A DNA stretch of 64,000 nt from an uncultured Eubacteriales bacterium (GCA_948467645.1 CAOKFD010000003.1:12481-76480); one strand, 5' to 3'; counted from the stretch's first letter, positions 1-9,355 are shown. Program-made: numbers and translations. The notes: generated by a model from the letters alone, not told the origin.

Positions 1-323
1 TGCCGAACTGAGCGGGCGCGGATGTGGGCGATTGCCAGTTCTGGGTGGACTGCGCCTGACCGCCATAGTACTGATTGAGCGGATCGGGTTCTTCGCCATC
101 GTCGGTTATGTCGTATTCGGAAAAGCGGTTCTTGCGCGTCGCGCCGATTATCTCGGCGATGGACGCGCCCAGTACTATCAGACCCATAATTATCGGCATG
201 AATGCGAATTCGCCAAAGCCGTCGCTCACCTGCATCGCTATTCCGAAGAACGCCATCGACATCACTATACCCACTATTCCGCTTGTCATCGACGACGCAC
301 GGCCGCGCTTTATGCTTTTCATA
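1..323 (-). CDS. hypothetical small membrane protein, C-terminally cut by the window edge
   Basis: The reverse strand reads AAGAGGTGATCGT-ATG at 323. Translation is MKSIKRGRASSMTSGIVGIVMSMAFFGIAMQ...IIMGLIVLGASIAEIIG, giving two hydrophobic segments and then an acidic/Gln-rich tail. The frame stays open to position 1. It is absent from the ORF track because no stop codon lies in the window. Confidence 0.5.
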
Positions 324-516
324 CGATCACCTCTTGACTTGAGTATATCGTTTATTCGTGCAAAGCGCAACAGGTTTCAGCGGAGTTGTCGTATTTTATG
401 GCTGAACCATGCAAATCGCGCTTCATGCGCCGCGGATTTATCATTATGGACAGCATAGACAGCAAAAAGCAGGGCGATTCTTCATTCGGAAACGCCCTGC
501 TCATTATGACTTTTCG

Positions 517-738
517 TTACGGCTCCTTATCAAACAGCGTGCAGCCCGTCGAGCGGAAGTATTCCATGCGCTCGCGCACAGCCGATTCATCCACCTTATA
601 ATACTCGGCAAGGCACTTCGCGCACATGAACTCGGTCGCGCCGCGGTTTATCAGCTTCTTTGTCACAGCCACTTCGTCGCGGGTCAGCCTTGTGCCGCAC
701 TGCTTGCAATTAAACGCCGTCAGATCGCGTCCGGCCAT
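517..738 (-). CDS. small Cys-rich (zinc-ribbon-like) protein
   Basis: 73-aa ORF with CKQCG...CAKC Cys pairs. Its ATG lies 4 nt after the GH27 stop, which suggests translational coupling. No family was recognised. Confidence 0.55.
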   Translation of the reverse strand: MAGRDLTAFNCKQCGTRLTRDEVAVTKKLINRGATEFMCAKCLAEYYKVDESAVRERMEYFRSTGCTLFDKEP

Positions 739-742
739 CAGC

Positions 743-1909
743 TTACGCCTTTACGATCTTGGCGATGTAGAGCGCGCAGTCGTGGCCGTTCACGGCGGGG
801 TTGAAGTAATCGCGCTTTACGCCGATGTTCTCGCCGGTGAAGGCGTCGGTCAGCTCAAAGCCATAGCCGCTGCCATAGGGCAGACCCGCGTTTGCGAATG
901 TAAAGCACACATCGCCCGACTTTTCGCCCAGGTTGAAATAGCCTATGGCAAACTCATTATCGGACATATGCTTTATAAAGGTCAGCGCGGTGTTGTCCTC
1001 GTTGGTCCACCAGTCGTTGGAGCCGTACTGCGCCTTGCCCTGGAACACCTGATACGGAGCGCGGCTCTCGATATCCTGGTTAATGCGGATGAGGTTCTTG
1101 TTGAGCACCAGCTTTTTGCAGTAGTCGTTCATATTGCGGATATCGCCGCCCAGCATCAGCGGCGCGCTGAACAGCGCCCACAGCGCGAACTGGGTCTTAT
1201 AATCGGTATCGCCGCACGCATTGCCGAACGCCACATTGCCGTTGCCGTACATGCCGACGGTCAGCATGTCGATGTCGTTGTAGCAGAAGTTGCCGCTCAT
1301 GGCGAAGTTCGGAATCTGGCTGCGCAGTATGTTGGTGAAGCTGACGAAGTTATCCTGAATGTCGCCGGTGGAGCGATACATATGCACGCCTATGGAGCGC
1401 ATCCAGTTCCACGGATCTTCCTTGCCCCAGTTGCACGCGGAGAACAGTATCTCGCGGCCGGTCGCCTTAAGCGCCATGGACATGGTGGCATAGCGGGTCT
1501 TGCAGTCGGCGTGCTCCGGGAAGTTGCAGAAGTCGTACTTCAGGAAGTCGACGCCCCAGTCCGCGAAAGTCTGAGCATCCTCAAACTCATGATCATAGCT
1601 GGACGGATAGCCCGCGCAGGTCATTATGCCGGCGCAGCTGTACATACCGAACTTGAGACCCTTGGAATGCACATAGTCGGCCACGGCCTTCATGCCATAG
1701 GGGAACTTTTCGGGATCGGCGACCAGCTTGCCGTTCTCGTCGCGGTCGCGCAGGCTCCAGCAGTCGTCGATTACCAGATACTCATAACCGGCGGCCAGAT
1801 AGCCCTGATCGACCATAGCGTCGGCGGTTTCGCGAATCAGCTGATCGGAGATGTTGGTGCCGAAGGTGTTCCAGGAGTTCCAACCCATAGGTGCTCTCTG
1901 AGCTATCAT
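743..1909 (-). CDS. alpha-galactosidase, GH27 family
   Basis: MGWNSWNTFG and VIDDCWS motifs typical of GH27, with no signal peptide. The ORF is open to 1963. I prefer the ATG at 1909 (MIAQRAPMGWNSWN), which is preceded by AAGGATGG. Confidence 0.88.
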   Translation of the reverse strand: MIAQRAPMGWNSWNTFGTNISDQLIRETADAMVDQGYLAAGYEYLVIDDCWSLRDRDENGKLVADPEKFPYGMKAVADYVHSKGLKFGMYSCAGIMTCAGYPSSYDHEFEDAQTFADWGVDFLKYDFCNFPEHADCKTRYATMSMALKATGREILFSACNWGKEDPWNWMRSIGVHMYRSTGDIQDNFVSFTNILRSQIPNFAMSGNFCYNDIDMLTVGMYGNGNVAFGNACGDTDYKTQFALWALFSAPLMLGGDIRNMNDYCKKLVLNKNLIRINQDIESRAPYQVFQGKAQYGSNDWWTNEDNTALTFIKHMSDNEFAIGYFNLGEKSGDVCFTFANAGLPYGSGYGFELTDAFTGENIGVKRDYFNPAVNGHDCALYIAKIVKA

Positions 1910-2084
1910 ATGAAAATCCATCCTTTCGCATATGCGCAGTATATTTTCTGGGGCTTGCTTCAAATCGCCGTTATACGCTTTCGCCGATTCTACACACGCT
2001 GCTTAGAATCAATACGCAGGCGACGAAGCGGAAACTGCGCCGCCCATGATTGCGGATTCAGGCGCTTTTTGAAGCTGCCCGGGA

Positions 2085-3149
2085 TTACTTGAGTACTACC
2101 TCGTGGCCGGTGCGCGCGGACTCGTAAATGCCGTCAAGTATCTTCATCAGCGTTACGCCGTCCACAGCGGGGTTACGGCACTCGCCGCCGTTCAGCACGC
2201 AATCGACATAGTGATTGATTTCGTTTTCAAACAGACCCTCGAAGCTGAGCGCGGTGGGCGTGGCCAGCTCCACATTGGTCATATAGCCGTTCATCTCGGA
2301 ATAGATGGTCAGCTCGGGATCCAGCTTTGCGCCGGCCTTGGTGCCGAACAGCTCTATCGTGCCCTTGTCCTTTTCGATATTCAGGCTGAAGCTGGCCTCG
2401 ATCTGAAGCACCGCGCCGTTGTCGAAGCGTATCATGGCGCTGGCAAGATCCTCGACGTTGAATATATCGTGGCCGCTGCGCGAATCCGACTTATAATCGA
2501 CCTCGCCCTTTATTTCGTGGCGGTCGCCCAGCTTATTAAAGGTAGCGCCGTACACGGACACGGGCTGATGGCCGCCCATCAGGTAACGGCACAGGTCGAT
2601 AATATGCACGCCCAGATCGATCAGCGGGCCGCCGCCGGAACGGGTCTTGTCGCCGAACCAGCCGCCCGGGCAGCCCTTGCGGCGCAGGTAGGTCGCCTTG
2701 GCATAGTAAATATCGCCAAAGTAGCCGTTATCGATGAAGTCCTTCAAAATAGCGCAGTCGTTGCCGAAGCGGCGCACGAAGCCGATCATGAGGAGCTTGC
2801 CGTTCTTTTCGGCGGCTTCCTGCATACGGCGGGCCTCATCGGCGTTCATGGCCATGGGCTTTTCGCACAGTACATGCTTGCCGGCGTTGAGCGCGGCGAT
2901 GGCGCACTCGGCATGAGCCGCGTTCCAGGTGCACACGCTTACCGCGTCCAGCTCGGGGAGTTTAACCATTTCGTTAACGTCGGTGAACAGGCGGGTCACG
3001 CCGTATTCCTTGGCGCGGCGCTGCATGGCCTTTTCATTTATATCGCACAGCGCGTATATCTCGACGTTGGGGTTGAGCGAATATGCGCGCAGATGCACGC
3101 CCGAAATGTTACCGTTGCCGATAACGCCTATTTTGAGTTTCTTATCCAT
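2085..3149 (-). CDS. Gfo/Idh/MocA family NAD(P)-dependent oxidoreductase
   Basis: N-terminal Rossmann motif KIGVIGNGNISGVH, an EKP motif (VLCEKPMA), and a length of 354 aa. RBS is TTAGGAGGATATACTA-ATG. Confidence 0.9.
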   Translation of the reverse strand: MDKKLKIGVIGNGNISGVHLRAYSLNPNVEIYALCDINEKAMQRRAKEYGVTRLFTDVNEMVKLPELDAVSVCTWNAAHAECAIAALNAGKHVLCEKPMAMNADEARRMQEAAEKNGKLLMIGFVRRFGNDCAILKDFIDNGYFGDIYYAKATYLRRKGCPGGWFGDKTRSGGGPLIDLGVHIIDLCRYLMGGHQPVSVYGATFNKLGDRHEIKGEVDYKSDSRSGHDIFNVEDLASAMIRFDNGAVLQIEASFSLNIEKDKGTIELFGTKAGAKLDPELTIYSEMNGYMTNVELATPTALSFEGLFENEINHYVDCVLNGGECRNPAVDGVTLMKILDGIYESARTGHEVVLK

Positions 3150-3297
3150 TAGTATATCCTCCTAATTGGAAGTATCGGTATGTTACAAGTATAACCCATG
3201 CTTTCGATTCAGTCAATCTTGGCTTGCTTTTTTAAGGGCGTTTGAAGCTAAAACGCGCTACTATTTTGCAAACGCGCAGTTAAATAGGTATAATCTG

Positions 3298-4350
3298 TTA
3301 ACCCTGAGCGGACTTAAACAGCTGCCAGAATTCGCCGTGCAGCTGGCGGCGGAACGGGAACAGCTTGCTGCTTTCGCGCGTAGGATATACTCGGTTGGTC
3401 AGCAGCACTACCCAGTAGCCGCTGTCCGGCTCGATCATCATGCTGGTGCCGGTGAAGCCGGTGTGGCCGAAGCACTTGTCGGGCACCTTATCGCTGAAGA
3501 AGCACAGTTCACTGCCCGCGATCTGGAAGCCCAGGCCGCGATGTTCTTCTTCGCCGGGGGTGTAATTCTGAATGGCCATCTCCATTGTTTCGCGTTTGAA
3601 GTAGCCCTCGCCCATCTTGGACAACATACCCGCGAACTTAATGCCGTCGTTAAGCGACATGAACACGCCCGCGTTGCCCGATACGCCGTTTTGGAAGCGC
3701 GCGTTTTCGTCATGGACTATTCCAATCCACGGCTTGCCGGTCTTTTTGGATACCTCGGTCGCGGCGCACACGCAGTCGTGCGGGCAGTAGCCGGTCTCGG
3801 TCATGCCCAGCGGGCCGAATACGCGCTCGTTCGCAAGCTGATCCAAGGGCTTGCCAAAGCGGTGCTCCAGCATCTTGGTGAGCAGTATGTAGCCCATGCA
3901 GGAGTAGGCCGGCGCCGTGCCGGGCGCCTGCTGCAGTGGGTGATTGAGTATGCACTCCAGCGTCTTATCGGGGGTATCGATGAGTTGTTCCAGCTTGAAG
4001 TCCGGATACAGGCCGCCGGTATGCGTCATGAGCATCTTGACGGTAATATCGCGCTTGTCGGCCGGGGCGAACGGGAATTCGCCGCCCACGGTATCGTCCA
4101 GCTTGAGCGTGCCGTCCTCCAGCGCCTTGAGCGCGATCATGGTCGGGCCGAGTATCTTGCTGAGCGAGGCCATGTCGTAGCGGGTGTGCGCATCAACCGG
4201 CGCGTCGCCGGGCAGCGGAGCCTCGCCCACGAAAGATTCGGCCAGCACTTCGTCCTTTACGCCGATTGCACATGCGGCGCTGGGGAAGCAGCCTTCTTCC
4301 CTGCCCTGTCTTAGCATATTATCCAGTTTTTCCTGAAAAACCGCGTTCAT
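3298..4350 (-). CDS. serine hydrolase, beta-lactamase/transpeptidase-like family
   Basis: SxxK active-site motif (ASLSKIL) and a class C/esterase-like fold signature. The track ORF begins at a TTG (4371). The ATG at 4350 (MNAVFQEKL) follows GGAGG. Confidence 0.85.
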   Translation of the reverse strand: MNAVFQEKLDNMLRQGREEGCFPSAACAIGVKDEVLAESFVGEAPLPGDAPVDAHTRYDMASLSKILGPTMIALKALEDGTLKLDDTVGGEFPFAPADKRDITVKMLMTHTGGLYPDFKLEQLIDTPDKTLECILNHPLQQAPGTAPAYSCMGYILLTKMLEHRFGKPLDQLANERVFGPLGMTETGYCPHDCVCAATEVSKKTGKPWIGIVHDENARFQNGVSGNAGVFMSLNDGIKFAGMLSKMGEGYFKRETMEMAIQNYTPGEEEHRGLGFQIAGSELCFFSDKVPDKCFGHTGFTGTSMMIEPDSGYWVVLLTNRVYPTRESSKLFPFRRQLHGEFWQLFKSAQG

Positions 4351-4481
4351 AATACGTGTCGCCTCCAGCAATCACATTATTCGTATCATATTATAGCGCG
4401 CATTCACTCCATACGCAATCGACATATTCCCACAAATTACACTCAGCGGTGCGCGCGGCGCAACTTTTTTTACATGCGCAA

Positions 4482-4510
4482 TTGACTGTTCAGGGCGACT
4501 GTGCTATTCT
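4482..4510 (+). promoter_or_regulatory. candidate sigma-A type promoter for the DUF4392-murQ-kinase operon
   Basis: TTGACT (4482-4487), a 17-nt spacer, then TATTCT (4505-4510), about 45 nt upstream of the 4556 start. This is a motif match only. Confidence 0.3.
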
Positions 4511-4555
4511 GTTATATGGCTTAGTGTACGCACTTGCCGGAATAAGAGGTTACAT

Positions 4556-5389
4556 ATGATTAGCGACACGATCGAAGGTATAATACTGCGCCGCTCCGCG
4601 CGCGGCATGAGCGAGCTGAGCCGGTACATGCCGGCCGGCTTTTGTGCGGAAGCGGCGCGCGCGATTCTTGGCTGGCGCAAGGGCGGCACGGTAATCATTG
4701 CGACCGGCTTTTACGTAACCGGGCACGCGGAGACCGACGGCCCGCCCGGCACGATAGCGCTGTCATGCGCGCTGGGCAAGCTGGGCTTCAATGTAATAAT
4801 TGTTACCGACGCGCAGTGGCGGGGCCTGTTTGAAAGTGAAGGATTATCCGCGCGCTATTTTGAGCCTAACACTGGCAGGAGTGAGTTTGACGCGCTGCTT
4901 AACGAATTGCAGCCCGTGGGGCTTATATCGGTTGAGCGCTGCGGCCGGACGCGCGACGGGCGGCACCTGAACATGCGCGGCGTAAGCATCGACGCGCACA
5001 ACGCGCCTATCGACATACTGTTTGACATTGCCTCAAGTCACATACCCACGATAGGCATAGGCGACGGCGGCAATGAAATTGGTATGGGCTGTGTGGCCGA
5101 CGAGATTCAGCGCATATCCGGGATTGAGCCGTGCACGGTATGCGTCGATCATCTTGTGATTGCAACCGTGTCAAACTGGGGCGCGTATGGGCTGTGCGCG
5201 TATCTTGGGTGTATGCGCAGTTTGGCGCTTGTACCTGAGTTTGGTGAAATGAGGGATATTATTGCGCGCATGGTTGAGCGTGGGTGTGTAGACGGCGTAA
5301 GCAAGCTGCCTTCGATGAGCGTGGACGGGTTTGATATGGACGTTGAGCGGGAAATACTGGACGCGCTGGCTGAGGCGGCGAGACTGTAA
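4556..5389 (+). CDS. DUF4392 (D-glutamate cyclase-like) domain protein
   Basis: 277 aa with the motifs TGFYVTGHAETDGPPGT and IGIGDGGNEIGMG, which I associate with the DUF4392/D-glutamate cyclase-like family. RBS is AAGAGG. Confidence 0.75.
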   Translation: MISDTIEGIILRRSARGMSELSRYMPAGFCAEAARAILGWRKGGTVIIATGFYVTGHAETDGPPGTIALSCALGKLGFNVIIVTDAQWRGLFESEGLSARYFEPNTGRSEFDALLNELQPVGLISVERCGRTRDGRHLNMRGVSIDAHNAPIDILFDIASSHIPTIGIGDGGNEIGMGCVADEIQRISGIEPCTVCVDHLVIATVSNWGAYGLCAYLGCMRSLALVPEFGEMRDIIARMVERGCVDGVSKLPSMSVDGFDMDVEREILDALAEAARL

Positions 5390-5425
5390 ACATTAAAATA
5401 CATAGTATATTTCAGGAGGCAAATC

Positions 5426-6328
5426 ATGCTGGATCTGGGCAAAATGGATACCGAAAAGCGCAACGAGCGCACTATGCACATTGACGAAATGTCTACTTCC
5501 GAGATCGTGGCGCTGATAAATTCCGAGGATCATCGCTGTGCCGAGGCGGTCAAGGCGGCTCTGCCCGAAATCGCGCAGGCGGTCGATATAATATACGGCA
5601 AGCTGCATAACGGCGGGCGTTTGATTTACTGCGGCGCGGGCACGTCGGGGCGGCTAGGCATACTGGACGCGTCGGAATGCCCGCCCACATACGGTGTGGA
5701 TTCCAGCATGGTAATGGGACTGATCGCGGGCGGCCCGGGCGCAATCATCAATGCGGTCGAGGGCGCGGAGGACGATGCGGCTTTAGGCGTAAACGATCTG
5801 CGCAGCATTGAATTCGGCGCGGGCGACGTACTGGTTGGCATTGCGGCCAGCGGGCGCACGCCTTACGTTATCGGCGCGATGGACTATGCGCACGAGATTG
5901 GCGCGCCGGTTATCGCGGTGGTATGCTGCTCGGGCAGTGAGATGTCTAAGCACGCGGATGTAACCATTGCGGCTGTGCCCGGCCCAGAGGTTGTGACGGG
6001 TTCGTCGCGCATGAAGAGCGGCACTTGCCAGAAGATGGTGCTTAACATACTATCCACCTCAACTATGATTAAGCTGGGCAAGGTATACGGCAATCTGATG
6101 GTGGATGTACGCGCGACCAACGAAAAGCTGCGCAAGCGTGCCTTGTCGATAGTGCGTTCGGCGACCGGTGCGGATGAAGGCGAGGCGCAGGCGGCGTTGG
6201 ATGCGTGCGGGCATTCGTGCAAGACTGCGATTGTGATGATACTGGCCGGTATGACTGCGGACGAAGCGGCCAAAGCGCTCAAGGAAGCGGACGGGCGCGT
6301 TGCGGGCGTACTGGCGGCCAAAAAGTAA
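5426..6328 (+). CDS. murQ: N-acetylmuramic acid 6-phosphate etherase
   Basis: SIS-domain signature GAGTSGRLGILDASECPPTYG, 300 aa, RBS CAGGAGG. Confidence 0.93.
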   Translation: MLDLGKMDTEKRNERTMHIDEMSTSEIVALINSEDHRCAEAVKAALPEIAQAVDIIYGKLHNGGRLIYCGAGTSGRLGILDASECPPTYGVDSSMVMGLIAGGPGAIINAVEGAEDDAALGVNDLRSIEFGAGDVLVGIAASGRTPYVIGAMDYAHEIGAPVIAVVCCSGSEMSKHADVTIAAVPGPEVVTGSSRMKSGTCQKMVLNILSTSTMIKLGKVYGNLMVDVRATNEKLRKRALSIVRSATGADEGEAQAALDACGHSCKTAIVMILAGMTADEAAKALKEADGRVAGVLAAKK

Positions 6329-6343
6329 GAGGAGTTTACGATA

Positions 6344-7252
6344 ATGAGTTACTATTGCGGATGGGACGGCGGCGGGACCAAGACCGAGGTATACTGTATA
6401 GACGAGACGGGCGCGTGCATTGCGGACGAATGCTTTGGGCCGCTCAACTTCAATGGCGTACCGCGCGAGCGTGTGGAGCAGACTGTGCGGGACAGCCTGG
6501 CGTTTATGAACAGTCTTCCCGGCGGCCTAAATGCGTGCAAGGCGCTTACAATAGGCATGGCTGGTGCGAGCAATCTTAAAGCGACGCAGGGCATGAACGA
6601 TTTTGTACGTGCGAGCGGCTTTACGGGCAAGCTGGACGTCATCGGCGATCATGTGATTGCCTTAGCGGGCGCGATACGCGGTGCGGGCGCTGTGCTGGTT
6701 GCGGGCACGGGTGCGGTATGCCGCGCGCGCAGTTCGAGCGGCGAGTCATACGGTGTCGGCGGTTACGGTTATCTGATCGACGATTTAGGCAGCGGATATG
6801 CGATTGGGCGCGACATACTGGCCTCGGTTGCGCGTGCGGACGACGGGCGCAACGCGCCGACGTGTTTCACCGACATGGTATTCAAGCGTCTGGGCATAAC
6901 GAACATCCGCGAGATGATAACGTGGCTATACAGTCCGGACACAGGCAAGCGCGAGGTAGCGTCCTTAGCCCCACTGCTAAAGGAAGGTCTTGAGGCAGGC
7001 GACGCGGCGGCGCAGCAGATAGCGGAAAAAGCGGCTCACGACCTCTCCGAGCTAGCCATAACGGCCTGGAAGCACACAGGCGACGCCGACTTCGAGCTAG
7101 CCCTGACCGGCAGCATCCTTAACCACTACCCCACCATCCGCGCGCGAGTAATCGAAATCTGCCAGTCCGAATGCCCCGGCATCAACATCATCAGTCCCCG
7201 CCACTCCCCCGCTTACGGCGCGGCCATGCTGGCTATGGAGAACGGGAGGTAA
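6344..7252 (+). CDS. BadF/BadG/BcrA/BcrD-type ATPase, probable GlcNAc/MurNAc kinase
   Basis: N-terminal YYCGWDGGGTKTE phosphate-1 motif of the ASKHA/BadF kinase family, 302 aa. It lies immediately downstream of murQ, as the MurK-type kinases of clostridia do. Confidence 0.8.
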   Translation: MSYYCGWDGGGTKTEVYCIDETGACIADECFGPLNFNGVPRERVEQTVRDSLAFMNSLPGGLNACKALTIGMAGASNLKATQGMNDFVRASGFTGKLDVIGDHVIALAGAIRGAGAVLVAGTGAVCRARSSSGESYGVGGYGYLIDDLGSGYAIGRDILASVARADDGRNAPTCFTDMVFKRLGITNIREMITWLYSPDTGKREVASLAPLLKEGLEAGDAAAQQIAEKAAHDLSELAITAWKHTGDADFELALTGSILNHYPTIRARVIEICQSECPGINIISPRHSPAYGAAMLAMENGR

Positions 7253-7610
7253 CGAGGGAGACGAGGGTTACGCTTCTTTCTTTTCGGAAGAAAAGAAAGA
7301 AGCAAAGAAAAGTCTATTGGGACTTTCGCCCGATTGGTTACTTGAATTAGCTGCTTTTTTATGGGGTATTTATTTTAGTGAGGCGGTTTGATTCTTTCGG
7401 ATTGTTTTGCTCTAAGAGTCAGCCGCTTTTACTTTGGCTGGCTTTTGGGCTGACCGCGTTCTTTTATCTTTCTTCGATTCGGGATTCCGCGAATGGACGC
7501 TTTCTGTTTAGTTTGGCTGCGCCCGCGCCATGTTCGCCGCCCCTCGGCGGCTCAGAACATATTCGGCGGAACTTGCTCGCGCCCGCCGTAAAGTATGGCG
7601 GGCGTGAGTA
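7241..7610 (+). repeat. intergenic repeat element, copy A (homologous to 33185-33655)
   Basis: Shares collinear anchors with copy B at near-identical spacing. The anchors are a 12-bp pyrimidine/purine hairpin (7273-7302), CTTTCGCCCGATTGGTTACTT (7323-7343), GAGGCGG (7380), GCTGGCTTTTG (7437), TTCGCCGCC..GGCGGCTCA (7533-7553), and a GC hairpin (7580-7604). Confidence 0.75.
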
Positions 7611-7921
7611 ATGCCATCCTGACGCGAAACTGGCTGTATTCGCGGCGCTGCTGGCTCGTGCCCGCCAAAAGCAGGGCGGCGCGAGAAACCCTTGCAGCGT
7701 TTATATGGCGCTGACAACCGGCTGTAAGCTTACCTGCAACATAATCGACTTTGCGCACGTTCACTTCTGTACTTTGATGTATTGTTTTCAACAATCTGTG
7801 ATTTGCTTAAAACTCATACCTGCAATTTCAGAAACGTCGTGCGCATCTTCATTTGCCATTTTCCCCTGCACACAACTACTCTTGCCGTCTTTGCGGCAGC
7901 GAAAGTGAGGCTGCGTATCTT

Positions 7922-9337
7922 ATGAAAACGCGGTTTAACTGGAAGGACTTCATTAAGAAAGTCGCGGCTATTGCGGTACCCGTCGCGCTGCAAAACCTGC
8001 TGACCACCACCGGCAGCATGGTCGACACCATGATGATCGCACCCTTAGGCGAAACCAGCGTGGGCGCGGTCGGGCTATGCGCGCAGTTTTCGTCGCTCAT
8101 GTTCTCCTGCTACTGGGGCTTTGTGGGCGGCGGTATGCTGTTTTTCTCGCAATACTGGGGCAACCGGGACGGCGACGGCATCAACCGGTCTTACGGCATG
8201 ACTTTGGCATTCATGTCGGTTGTGGCAATTACGTTCATGATACTGGCCACCTGCTTCCCCCACCTCATAATGCAGCTTTATACCGACAAGGAGTCAATTC
8301 AGGAAATAGGCATAAAGTACCTGCGCGTGGTGGGCTTTGCCTATCCGCTCCAGATACTCGCAATGGCAATGAGCGCGCTTCTGCGCTCCACCGAGCGCGT
8401 GCGCATACCGCTTTACGGCGCGGTCGCGAGCGTGGCCACCAACATACTGCTCAACTACCTGCTGATATTCGGCCATCTGGGCTTCCCGGCGATGGGCATA
8501 CAGGGCGCGGCGCTGGCTACCGCGTGCGCGGCGGGCGTTAACGTACTCGTCATTGTAATTGCCGCGCATTTGCAGAAGCATCCTTTCCTGCTGGCCGTCA
8601 ACCGCCACTTCCACTGGAACGGCCCTGCGCTAAAGGAATACCTGCGCAAGTGCTTCCCGATAATCTGCAATGAGCTGCTCATCGGCATCGGCATGATGGT
8701 TATCAACATGGTTCTGGGGCGGCAGTCGGAGCAGGCCATCGCCGCAACCGCGGTATTCCGCACGCTTGAGGGCTTTGTCATCGGCTTCTTCTCGGGCTTT
8801 TCCAACGCCGCGTCGGTGCTGGTGGGCAAGGAGGTCGGCGCGGGGCATCTGGACGACGCTTACGACCGCGCGGTGCGGCTGGTCTACATGTGCGGCGGTT
8901 GCATACTGGTGTGCTGTCTGTTCCTGCTGGCGGTACATGGGCCGCTGCTGCGCATGATGAGTCTGTCGGGCGAATCGTTTGAGATTGCGTCGGGCATGTT
9001 GGCGATATACTGTGCGGCGGCCGTTATCCGCATGTGCAACTGGACGCAGAACGACACGTACCGTTCGGCGGGCGACGCGGCTTACGGCACGATACTGGAG
9101 ATCACGTTCATGTATCTGATGGTGCTGCCGTGCGTATGCCTCAGCGGTTTGGTATTCAATGCACCGTTCATGCTGGTATTCGCGTGCTGCTACATCGACG
9201 AACCTATACGACTTGTGCTTATGCAGAGGCATATGTTCTCGGGCAGGTGGGTAAAGCCGGTTACGCCCGAGGGCCGCGCGGCACTGCCCGCCTTCCTCGA
9301 AAAGCATAATAAGCGCGCTCGCAAGGCAGCGGCTTAA
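7922..9337 (+). CDS. MATE family efflux transporter
   Basis: About 12 predicted TM segments and a typical MATE N-terminus (AIAVPVALQNLLTTTGSMVDTMMIAPLGE). The track ORF starts at 7853. I prefer the ATG at 7922 (MKTRFNWKDF). Confidence 0.9.
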   Translation: MKTRFNWKDFIKKVAAIAVPVALQNLLTTTGSMVDTMMIAPLGETSVGAVGLCAQFSSLMFSCYWGFVGGGMLFFSQYWGNRDGDGINRSYGMTLAFMSVVAITFMILATCFPHLIMQLYTDKESIQEIGIKYLRVVGFAYPLQILAMAMSALLRSTERVRIPLYGAVASVATNILLNYLLIFGHLGFPAMGIQGAALATACAAGVNVLVIVIAAHLQKHPFLLAVNRHFHWNGPALKEYLRKCFPIICNELLIGIGMMVINMVLGRQSEQAIAATAVFRTLEGFVIGFFSGFSNAASVLVGKEVGAGHLDDAYDRAVRLVYMCGGCILVCCLFLLAVHGPLLRMMSLSGESFEIASGMLAIYCAAAVIRMCNWTQNDTYRSAGDAAYGTILEITFMYLMVLPCVCLSGLVFNAPFMLVFACCYIDEPIRLVLMQRHMFSGRWVKPVTPEGRAALPAFLEKHNKRARKAAA

Positions 9338-9355
9338 ATATGGCTAAGGCATAAT

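Noticed and set aside
626-2092. 488-aa plus-strand ORF, one of many similar long ORFs in the track (2103-3152, 16405-17661, 21918-23408, 54581-55324, 60207-62390).
   Set aside because: All lie antisense to genes whose products carry unmistakable family motifs (GH27, Gfo/Idh/MocA, GH36, GH116, PriA, LigA). Their translations are Arg/Ala/His/Gly-rich with no recognisable motifs. This is the usual pattern of shadow ORFs in GC-rich DNA.
7378-7611. ORFs inside the two copies of the 3' repeat element (7378-7611 + and 33129-33470 +) as possible small proteins.
   Set aside because: The nucleotide similarity between the copies is collinear, but the ORFs are in different frames. One is a read-through of the ATPase region, and the translated sequences do not align. 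The conservation is therefore not protein-coding.
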